From Neisseria sp. (GTDB lineage: Bacteria; Pseudomonadota; Gammaproteobacteria; Burkholderiales; Neisseriaceae): DNA of 24,000 bases. The position numbers and the translations under genes are program-made. Shown piece by piece: positions 9,035 to 15,500 of this stretch. The first letter of the stretch is position 1. Each line of letters begins with the position of its first letter. The notes under the pieces are model-generated. The model had not been told where the DNA came from. It saw nothing but the letters and a program-made list of their open reading frames with translations, and made no database searches. Location: positions 27,883 through 51,882 of the forward strand of contig JAUNMN010000009.1 of the NCBI GenBank assembly GCA_030531795.1, read 5' to 3'.

Positions 9035-9243
9035 ATCTGTCCTTGAACCTGAGATTTTCGTGCCGTCTGCAGTTCAATCAACGATGCAAACCGCCTTTTC
9101 CCCTTCGGTGGACGCAGCCGCGTCTCTCTCCAGATGTGTTTTTTGACTATCCAGTCCTTTTGCCTGAGCGATTTAAGGGTAATCTGCGCCTTCGGCGGCT
9201 GCTTGAAAGGTTTTGCAAACCACAAGCAACGCTCTCCTGAATA
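9035..9243 (-). promoter_or_regulatory. Tandem-aptamer glycine riboswitch in the gcvT leader
   Basis: Minus-strand aptamer 1 reads CAGGAGAGCG...GCCGCCGAAGGCGCAG...CGCTCAGGCAAAAGGAC. Aptamer 2 reads TCTGGAGAGAGACGC...GTCCACCGAAGGGGAAAAGG...TCTCAGGTTCAAGGACAG. These are the conserved GGAGAG / ACCGAAGG / CUCAGG..AAGGAC cores, and they sit upstream of a glycine cleavage operon. A candidate expression-platform hairpin lies at about 9004-9034 and is followed by UGUUUUG. Confidence 0.88.
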
Positions 9244-9250
9244 TTTGGCG

Positions 9251-9279
9251 ATTATCGCACAATCGCTAACAACTGCAAA
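9251..9279 (-). promoter_or_regulatory. Candidate promoter of the riboswitch-gcvTHP transcript
   Basis: On the minus strand: TTTGCA (9279-9274), a 17-nt spacer, then GATAAT (9256-9251). This places a start site a few nt before the first aptamer. It is a pattern match only. Confidence 0.4.
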
Positions 9280-9507
9280 CGTTTCTTTACGCTTTTCGCG
9301 TTTTATCACAAAATTGCCATTTTTTAGTGTGTTTAACGCATTTAATCGCGTTTACTGATTTTTTATTTTAAAAAAATTCTGTTTTTGGTGTATTGTGTGT
9401 TATGAAAATTTACTTTATATTTCGTTCATCAGAACAAATCGCTTCATTTTTAGGCAAAAATTAAAAATGAATATTTCAACACTGAAAAGAGAATAAAGGA
9501 AATCATC

Positions 9508-9996
9508 ATGTCACAAACCATCACTTTAGATAAAACCGATTTAAAAATTTTGCAAGTTTTGCAAAGCAATGGTCGCCTAACCAATGTGGAGCTTTCAGAA
9601 CGCGTTGCCTTGTCGCCATCGCCTTGCTTGCGCCGTTTGAAGCAGCTGGAAGACGCGGGCATTATTCGCCAATACGCCGCTTTGCTCTCGCCCGTGCATG
9701 TGAATTTGAGTTTGCAAGCCTTTATTCGCGTATCGATTGACAAAGCCAGCGAAGCGCGTGAACAGTTTGCCGACGCAGTGCAAACGTGGCCAGAAGTATT
9801 GAGCTGCTTTGCTTTGACGGGCGAAACCGATTATTTGTTGCACACCTTCTTTTCAGACATGAACGCCTTCTCGCGCTTTGTGTTGGAAACCTTGCTGTCG
9901 CACCCAGGCGTGCAAGATGCCAAATCCAGCTTCGTGTTAAAAGAAATCAAAAACACCACCGCTTTGCCTTTGAGCCACTTGCAAAGCGAAGCGTAA
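9508..9996 (+). CDS. lrp: Lrp/AsnC-family transcriptional regulator
   Basis: The 162-aa product has the N-terminal wHTH LDKTDLKILQVLQSNGRLTNVELSERVALSPSPCLRRLKQLEDAGIIRQY and a C-terminal RAM-type domain (LTGETDYLLHTFFSDMNAFSRFV). It is divergent from the gcv operon. Confidence 0.9.
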   Translation: MSQTITLDKTDLKILQVLQSNGRLTNVELSERVALSPSPCLRRLKQLEDAGIIRQYAALLSPVHVNLSLQAFIRVSIDKASEAREQFADAVQTWPEVLSCFALTGETDYLLHTFFSDMNAFSRFVLETLLSHPGVQDAKSSFVLKEIKNTTALPLSHLQSEA

Positions 9997-10019
9997 ACCG
10001 TTTACGCATATTGCTTACC

Positions 10020-10065
10020 GATGCCGTCTGCAACTCAAAACTGCAGACGGCATCATGTTTTTCAT
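10020..10065 (+). repeat. Left copy of a direct repeat: DUS-pair terminator after lrp plus about 10 bp of flank
   Basis: GATGCCGTCTGCAACTCAAAACTGCAGACGGCATCATGTTTTTCAT. The hairpin is at 10021-10053 and is followed by T5. Compare the right copy at 11817-11866. Confidence 0.8.
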
Positions 10066-10243
10066 AGCCTTGTTCACGCCATTCAAATTTTATTAAATCA
10101 TTAATTTATTCAATATCTTAACTTATTTCACACTAAAAATCCCACACTTGCCCTATTGCCATATCCGCGCGACACAATTACATTACGCCAAACTACAATC
10201 GCCACAAAATGCTTATTTTCCAACAGCTTGTAGGAGGTAAATC

Positions 10244-10315
10244 ATGTACACAATGTTTTATCTTGACGCTCAGTGGTTTAATCTCGACCACCAGCTGGTT
10301 TGCTGTTTTCCATAA
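10244..10315 (+). CDS. tnaC: TnaC-like tryptophanase operon leader peptide (23 aa)
   Basis: This ORF is too short for the ORF track. TAGGAGGT lies 5 nt upstream of ATG 10244. The peptide is MYTMFYLDAQWFNLDHQLVCCFP followed by stop. The W-F-N-(I/L)-D core and a Pro as last codon match E. coli TnaC (..KWFNIDNKIVDHRP-stop) with identical spacing: Trp to Asp is 4 and Trp to Pro is 12. It ends 72 nt upstream of tnaA. Confidence 0.75.
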   Translation: MYTMFYLDAQWFNLDHQLVCCFP

Positions 10316-10333
10316 TTTCCTTTTTTGCAAATA

Positions 10334-10367
10334 GTTGCGCCATGTTTTTCGTGGCAACGATTTTTTT
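10334..10367 (+). terminator. Weak candidate intrinsic terminator or attenuator in the tnaC-tnaA spacer
   Basis: GTTGCGCCA (10334-10342) pairs imperfectly with TGGCAAC (10352-10358), with one bulge. It is followed by GA and T7 (10361-10367). The stem is short and the loop is 9 nt, so this is low confidence. Confidence 0.3.
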
Positions 10368-10387
10368 ATCGCAAAAAAGGAAAATCC

Positions 10388-11803
10388 ATGAATACGTTTA
10401 AACATCTCCCCGAACCTTTTCGCATTCGCGTGATTGAACCCGTGAAACGCACCACGCGTGAATACCGTGAACAAGCCATTTTGCGCGCAGGCATGAATCC
10501 ATTTTTGTTAGACAGCGAAGATGTGTTCATCGATTTGCTCACCGACAGCGGCACAGGCGCGATTACTCAAGAAATGCAGGCGGCAATGTTGCGCGGCGAC
10601 GAAGCCTACAGCGGCAGCCGCAGTTATCACACTTTATGCAAATCGGTTAAAGACATTTTTGGCTACGACTACACCATTCCCACTCATCAAGGACGCGGTG
10701 CAGAACAAATCTATATCCCTGTTTTGATTCGAAAACGCGAGTTGGAAAAAGGTTTAGACCGCAACAAAATGGTGGTGTTTTCCAACTATTTTTTTGACAC
10801 CACGCAAGGACACAGCCAAATCAATGGTGCAACGGTGCGCAATGTGTACACCGCCGAAGCGTTTGACACCGCCGTTAAAGCCGATTTCAAAGGCAATTTT
10901 GATTTGGAGGCGTTGGAGCAAGGCATTTTGGAAGTGGGCGCAGCAAACGTGCCTTATATTGTCGCCACGATTACCTGCAACTCGGCTGGCGGTCAGCCTG
11001 TGTCAATCGCCAACCTAAAAGGCATGTATGCCATCGCCCGTAAATACGATATTCCTGTGGTGATGGATTCGGCGCGTTTTGCGGAAAATGCTTATTTTAT
11101 TCAGCAACGTGAAGCCGAATTCCAAAGCAAAAGCATCGCCGAAATCACGCTCGAAGCCTATCAATACGCCGATTTGCTGGCGATGTCGGCGAAAAAAGAT
11201 GCCATGGTGCAAATGGGCGGTTTGCTGTGTTTCAAAAACCAAGAAATGCTGGACGTATACACCGAATGCCGCACACTTTGTGTGGTGCAAGAAGGTTTTC
11301 CGACTTATGGTGGCTTGGAAGGCGGCGCGATGGAACGTTTGGCGGTGGGTTTGCACGACGGTATGCGTGAAGACTGGCTGGCGTATCGCATTGCGCAAGT
11401 GCAGTATTTGGTGGACGGTTTGGAAGCCATCGGCGTTGTGTGTCAGCAAGCTGGCGGTCATGCTGCGTTTGTGGACGCAGGCAAATTGTTGCCACACATT
11501 CCCGCTGAACAATTTCCTGCGCAGGCGTTGGCGTGTGAATTGTATAAAGTGGCAGGCATACGGGCGGTAGAAATCGGTTCGTTTTTGCTTGGACGCGACC
11601 CGAAAACAGGTTTGCAATTGCCTTGCCCAGCCGAGTTGCTGCGTTTGACGATTCCGCGTGCCACTTATACCCAAACGCACATGGATTTCATCATTGAAGC
11701 CTTTGCCAAAGTGAAAGAAAACGCACAGAACATCAAAGGTTTAACGTTCACTTACGAACCTAAAGTCTTGCGTCATTTCACGGCTTTATTGAAAGAAGTG
11801 TAA
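10388..11803 (+). CDS. tnaA: Tryptophanase (tryptophan indole-lyase)
   Basis: I chose the start at ATG 10388 (AAGGA RBS), giving 471 aa: [28 protein letters not shown]...[19 protein letters not shown]...[18 protein letters not shown]...[15 protein letters not shown]...[19 protein letters not shown]. It is nearly collinear with remembered gammaproteobacterial TnaA and has the same length as E. coli TnaA. The listed ORF start at 10325 adds 21 implausible residues. Confidence 0.95.
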   Translation: MNTFKHLPEPFRIRVIEPVKRTTREYREQAILRAGMNPFLLDSEDVFIDLLTDSGTGAITQEMQAAMLRGDEAYSGSRSYHTLCKSVKDIFGYDYTIPTHQGRGAEQIYIPVLIRKRELEKGLDRNKMVVFSNYFFDTTQGHSQINGATVRNVYTAEAFDTAVKADFKGNFDLEALEQGILEVGAANVPYIVATITCNSAGGQPVSIANLKGMYAIARKYDIPVVMDSARFAENAYFIQQREAEFQSKSIAEITLEAYQYADLLAMSAKKDAMVQMGGLLCFKNQEMLDVYTECRTLCVVQEGFPTYGGLEGGAMERLAVGLHDGMREDWLAYRIAQVQYLVDGLEAIGVVCQQAGGHAAFVDAGKLLPHIPAEQFPAQALACELYKVAGIRAVEIGSFLLGRDPKTGLQLPCPAELLRLTIPRATYTQTHMDFIIEAFAKVKENAQNIKGLTFTYEPKVLRHFTALLKEV

Positions 11804-11816
11804 AGCCAAAACGTGT

Positions 11817-11866
11817 GATGCCGTCTGCAACTCAAAATCGCAGACGGCATCAAATGTGTTTTTCAT
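11817..11866 (+). repeat. Right copy of the direct repeat: DUS-pair terminator after tnaA plus flank
   Basis: GATGCCGTCTGCAACTCAAAATCGCAGACGGCATCAAATGTGTTTTTCAT. In the 35-bp core it differs from the left copy only by a CT/TC dinucleotide swap. A 4-bp indel precedes the shared TGTTTTTCAT. Confidence 0.8.
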
Positions 11867-11963
11867 CATCATTTTGTGAACAAAAGTTTACCACCTTCGC
11901 ATTGTCCACACGCACACTAATAATGCTAAAATCGCCTTTTTTTCTGACGCTTTCACCCGATTT

Positions 11964-12548
11964 ATGTCCATCAATCCAGAACAAATCCGCGAACACACCC
12001 AACAATGGCTGGAAAAAGCCGTGATTGGTTTGAATTTATGCCCGTTTGCCAAAGCACCGTATGCCAAAAATCAGGTGCGCATTGTGGTAAGCCAAGCCAA
12101 GCACAGCGATGCGTTTTTGGAAGACCTCGACCGCGAATTGCAATTCATTGCGGCAACACCAGCCGATGAATGCGAAACGACTTTGCTGGTTCACCCCACT
12201 TTATTCGGCGACTTTTTGCAGTTTAACGATATGTTGGACTTTGCCGAACAAGCGATTGAAGATAACGATTTGCTCGGTGTGATTCAAATCGCGCCGTTTC
12301 ACCCCGATTTTCAATTTGATGGCACCGAAGCCAGCGACATCAGCAATTACACCAACCGCTCGCCCTACCCAACTTTGCACTTAATCCGCGAAGCCAGTAT
12401 TGAAAAAGCCGCCCAAGCCTTTCCCGACCCTGCGGCGATTTTTGAACGCAACATCGCTTTGTTGAAAAAAATGGGCAAAGCAGGCTGGGACGCGCTGGAT
12501 TTGCCGTCTGCAGACGGCATCGCCAAACAAACGGAACATTCATCATGA
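11964..12548 (+). CDS. DUF1415-family protein, function unknown
   Basis: The 194-aa product contains WLEKAVIGLNLCPFAKAPY...IAPFHPDFQF...NYTNRSPYPTLHLIRE, as remembered for DUF1415 proteins of beta- and gammaproteobacteria. Its stop overlaps the next start (ATGA). Confidence 0.75.
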   Translation: MSINPEQIREHTQQWLEKAVIGLNLCPFAKAPYAKNQVRIVVSQAKHSDAFLEDLDRELQFIAATPADECETTLLVHPTLFGDFLQFNDMLDFAEQAIEDNDLLGVIQIAPFHPDFQFDGTEASDISNYTNRSPYPTLHLIREASIEKAAQAFPDPAAIFERNIALLKKMGKAGWDALDLPSADGIAKQTEHSS

Positions 12549-12907
12549 TTATGCGTTCGGTGTTTGGCGTGTTGGGCGCACTTGCTTTGATTTTGGGCAT
12601 CATCGGCTTGTTTTTGCCCGTGATGCCGACCACGCCATTTATTCTGCTTGCCGCCGCTTGCTGGGCAAAAGCGTCGCCGCGCTTTCACGCATGGCTGCGC
12701 AATCATCCGCGTTTTGGCGTGATGGTGCAAAACTGGGAATCGGGACGCATCGTGCCGCGTCGCGCCAAATATTTGGCGTTTACCATGATGACGGCTTCAT
12801 GCGTGTTTTTGTGGTTTACCATGCTCGAGCGTTGGTATCTGCCTGCCGCCGCCACGCTGATTTGCCTTGCAACCGCGCTGTGGATGTGGCGCTTACCAGA
12901 ACAATAA
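12545..12907 (+). CDS. ybaN: YbaN-family inner membrane protein (DUF454)
   Basis: The 120-aa product contains LGIIGLFLPVMPTTPFILLAAACWAKASPRFHAWLRNHPRFG, the YbaN/DUF454 signature. It has predicted TM helices and is translationally coupled to the upstream gene. Confidence 0.85.
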   Translation: MIMRSVFGVLGALALILGIIGLFLPVMPTTPFILLAAACWAKASPRFHAWLRNHPRFGVMVQNWESGRIVPRRAKYLAFTMMTASCVFLWFTMLERWYLPAAATLICLATALWMWRLPEQ

Positions 12908-12948
12908 AACTTTCATTTTCAAATGTTTAAATAAACACTCTCAAAGCC

Positions 12949-12968
12949 ATGCCGTCCGCAGACGGCAT
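12949..12968 (+). terminator. Compact DUS-derived hairpin after ybaN
   Basis: ATGCCGTC-CGCA-GACGGCAT forms an 8-bp stem with a 4-nt loop. The downstream T-tract is weak (TTTGCTTT). Confidence 0.55.
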
Positions 12969-13126
12969 TTGCTTTATGTAAACAAAGGCTAACATTGACT
13001 AGCCCTATCTTAACTTTTTGATTACAATCTCTATTCATCGTGTGGCAAATTTGCGATTTTCATCGCCAGCCACACATGTTCAATAAAACTATAAAACTTT
13101 GTTTTATCAAAAGAAAAGGAATAACA

Positions 13127-14545
13127 ATGCGTATTCAAACCGCCTTGCTTCCCCTGCTGCTTTCTCCAGTAACATGCTTTGCCGCAGGTATGCCAAATGG
13201 CGCAGAACTCAGCTTATTATGGGGTTTACCCTTCGCCCTCATCTTACTTTCTATCGCCACAGGGCCGCTCTTTTTCGCCCACATCTGGCATCATCATTTC
13301 GGCAAAATCACCGCCGCATGGACTTTGGTTTTCTTGCTTCCTTTCATTGTTTTTTATGGTTTTGGTGCTGCAGTCGGCACAGTTGCCCATGCCCTCGTTG
13401 AAGAATACATTCCCTTTATTTTATTGCTGTTGGCTTTGTACACCGTGTCGGGCGGCATTTTGGTGTGGGGCAATTTACACGGTAGCCCCAAACTCAACAC
13501 CGCCATTCTCGCCATTGGCACGGTTTTGGCTTCCATCATGGGGACAACGGGCGCAGCCATGCTGATGATTCGCCCTTTGCTCAAAGCCAACGACAACCGC
13601 AAACACCGCGTACACGTTGTTGTGTTCTTCATTTTCTTGGTTGCCAACATCGGCGGCGGTTTAACCCCACTGGGCGACCCACCTTTGTTCTTGGGCTTTT
13701 TGAAAGGCGTGGATTTCATGTGGACGGTGCAACATATGTTGCCACCCGTGTTAATCAGCAGCGTGATTTTGCTCACCGTGTTTTACTTTTTAGACCGCTA
13801 CTTCTTCTCTAAAGAAGACGAAATTGAAGCCAAAGACCCCACCCCCGACAGCAAATTGCAAATTTTCGGCAAATGGAATTTCTTGCTGTTGGCAGCGATT
13901 GTGTCGGCAGTGTTGATGTCGGGCATTTGGAAGCCGAATGTCGAATTCGATATTTTGGGCAGCCATTATGCTTTGCAAAACTTGGTACGCGATGTGATTT
14001 TGCTTGCCATCACTTTCATTTCTTTGAAAATCACCCCCAAACAAGTGCGTGCTGGCAACGAATTTAACTGGGACCCGATTTTGGAAGTGGGCAAACTGTT
14101 CTTGGGCATTTTCATCACCATCGCCCCCGTGATTGCCATTTTGAAAGCAGGCGAAGCAGGACATTTCGCAGGCTTGATTTCGCTAGTACACAACGAAGCA
14201 GGGCAACCGATTAACACCATGTATTTCTGGATGACGGGTTTGCTCTCGGCATTTTTGGACAATGCCCCAACCTATCTCGTCTTCTTCAATATGGCAGGTG
14301 GCGATGCCGCCTCATTGATGACAGGCGCACTGTTCCACACCCTGCTTGCCATTTCGATGGGTTCAGTGTTTATGGGTGCATTAAGTTACATCGGTAATGC
14401 ACCGAATTTCATGGTCAAAGCCATTGCCGAACAACGCGGCGTGGCGATGCCAAGTTTCTTCGGCTACATGGCTTGGTCGTTCGGCATTCTCGTGCCATTA
14501 TTCTTATTGCATACTTTGATTTTCTTTGTGTGGCAAGTGTTCTAA
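13127..14545 (+). CDS. Polytopic inner-membrane transporter, ArsB/NhaD-superfamily (annotated in relatives as a putative sodium:proton antiporter)
   Basis: I chose the start at ATG 13127 (AAAGGA RBS), giving 472 aa that begin MRIQTALLPLLLSP. The protein is highly hydrophobic with at least 10 predicted TM segments and motifs such as GGGLTPLGDPPLFLGF and FLDNAPTYLVFF. Substrate is not determinable from sequence. Confidence 0.65.
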   Translation: MRIQTALLPLLLSPVTCFAAGMPNGAELSLLWGLPFALILLSIATGPLFFAHIWHHHFGKITAAWTLVFLLPFIVFYGFGAAVGTVAHALVEEYIPFILLLLALYTVSGGILVWGNLHGSPKLNTAILAIGTVLASIMGTTGAAMLMIRPLLKANDNRKHRVHVVVFFIFLVANIGGGLTPLGDPPLFLGFLKGVDFMWTVQHMLPPVLISSVILLTVFYFLDRYFFSKEDEIEAKDPTPDSKLQIFGKWNFLLLAAIVSAVLMSGIWKPNVEFDILGSHYALQNLVRDVILLAITFISLKITPKQVRAGNEFNWDPILEVGKLFLGIFITIAPVIAILKAGEAGHFAGLISLVHNEAGQPINTMYFWMTGLLSAFLDNAPTYLVFFNMAGGDAASLMTGALFHTLLAISMGSVFMGALSYIGNAPNFMVKAIAEQRGVAMPSFFGYMAWSFGILVPLFLLHTLIFFVWQVF

Positions 14546-14551
14546 ACGCCG

Positions 14552-14617
14552 ATGCCGTCTGCAAACTGAAATCGTCTCTTGCTTTGTTCATGAGCCTTTT
14601 TCAGGTGCAGACGGCAT
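14552..14617 (+). terminator. Wide-spaced inverted DUS pair after the transporter gene
   Basis: ATGCCGTCTGCA at 14552-14563 and TGCAGACGGCAT at 14606-14617 are followed by T6. The 42-nt spacer makes a large loop. Confidence 0.55.
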
Positions 14618-14729
14618 TTTTTATCGTTCATTTTCAAAATCATTCACGCGTTTGGTACGCCAAATAAATGACGCGAAACCTTGTCCGCGCCAACAAAAAA
14701 ATCCAACCCAACATTGAACACCACAAGCC

Positions 14730-15371
14730 ATGACACCCTACCTTCCATCTGAAACCCTAATCATCTACACCCTAGACATGATAGGCGTGTTTGCTTGCGC
14801 CGTGGCGGCGACGGTGTTGGCTAAACGTTTGAATTTAGACATTTTCGGCGCGTTACTCGTGTCTTTTGTGGGTTCAATCGGCGGCGGCACTTTGCGCGAT
14901 TTGCTGCTCAATCGCCACCCCGTTTTTTGGCTACACGATTTAAGCTATTTTCATTTGATTGTTGCCACATCATTGATTGTTCAAGTTTTTTATCATCAAT
15001 TTGAAAAACTAGACCGCGCGATGCGTTGGTTTGACGCTTTGGGTTTGGCGGCGTTCACCGTTATCGGCTTGGAAGCCGCGCTGGCAAAGGCGATGCCGAT
15101 TCCGATTGCCGTGATGATGGGGATTATGACCGCCGTCGTTGGCGGCATTTTGCGCGACGTGATTTGTCGGCAACTGCCGCTACTGTTGCACAAAGAAATC
15201 TACATCACCGCCGCGTTTGTCGGTTGCCTGTTTTATCTGGTGCTGCAATATTTGGGCGTTTCGCTGTGGCTGCGCGACACCGCCACTTTGCTGCTGATTT
15301 TCACTTTGCGTATGCTGGCGATTTATCGGCAATGGAATTTGCCCAACATCACTTTACCGCCGAAAAATTAG
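14730..15371 (+). CDS. Trimeric intracellular cation channel (TRIC)/UPF0126-family membrane protein (YadS-like)
   Basis: The 213-aa product has two internal repeats, each with the glycine-rich motif (SIGGGTLRDLLL and VVGGILRDVI), and about 7 TM segments. Confidence 0.8.
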   Translation: MTPYLPSETLIIYTLDMIGVFACAVAATVLAKRLNLDIFGALLVSFVGSIGGGTLRDLLLNRHPVFWLHDLSYFHLIVATSLIVQVFYHQFEKLDRAMRWFDALGLAAFTVIGLEAALAKAMPIPIAVMMGIMTAVVGGILRDVICRQLPLLLHKEIYITAAFVGCLFYLVLQYLGVSLWLRDTATLLLIFTLRMLAIYRQWNLPNITLPPKN

Positions 15372-15394
15372 TTTCGCATACGCTGTAAACAAAA

Positions 15395-15458
15395 ATGCCG
15401 TCTGCAATTTCAAACGACTCCCGTTTTACTCACAGGAGGGTTGAATCGCAGACGGCAT
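15395..15458. terminator. Inverted DUS pair shared by convergent genes (TRIC channel and L,D-transpeptidase)
   Basis: ATGCCGTCTGCA at 15395-15406 and CGCAGACGGCAT at 15447-15458, with T-runs on both outer flanks. Confidence 0.6.
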
Positions 15459-15500
15459 TTTGATTTCAGATTCAAACGAAATTCAAATCAAAGCCCAACA

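Noticed and set aside
9016-9309. 97-aa minus-strand ORF in the gcvT leader
   Set aside because: It coincides with the tandem glycine riboswitch. Its K/R-rich translation is a by-product of the structured RNA.
10325-10387. Longer N-terminal extension of tnaA (the listed start at 10325)
   Set aside because: The extension ([21 protein letters not shown]) would start inside the leader-tnaA spacer only 10 nt after the tnaC stop and has no RBS. ATG 10388 has an AAGGA RBS and gives the canonical TnaA N-terminus and length.
11015-11680. 221-aa minus-strand ORF inside tnaA
   Set aside because: It lies antisense to a near-perfectly conserved tryptophanase frame and has no motifs.
13040-13126. Longer N-terminal extension of the transporter gene
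   Set aside because: The extra 29 residues are hydrophilic and Cys/Lys-rich and are not preceded by an RBS. ATG 13127 follows AAAGGA and starts with a signal-like or first-TM segment.
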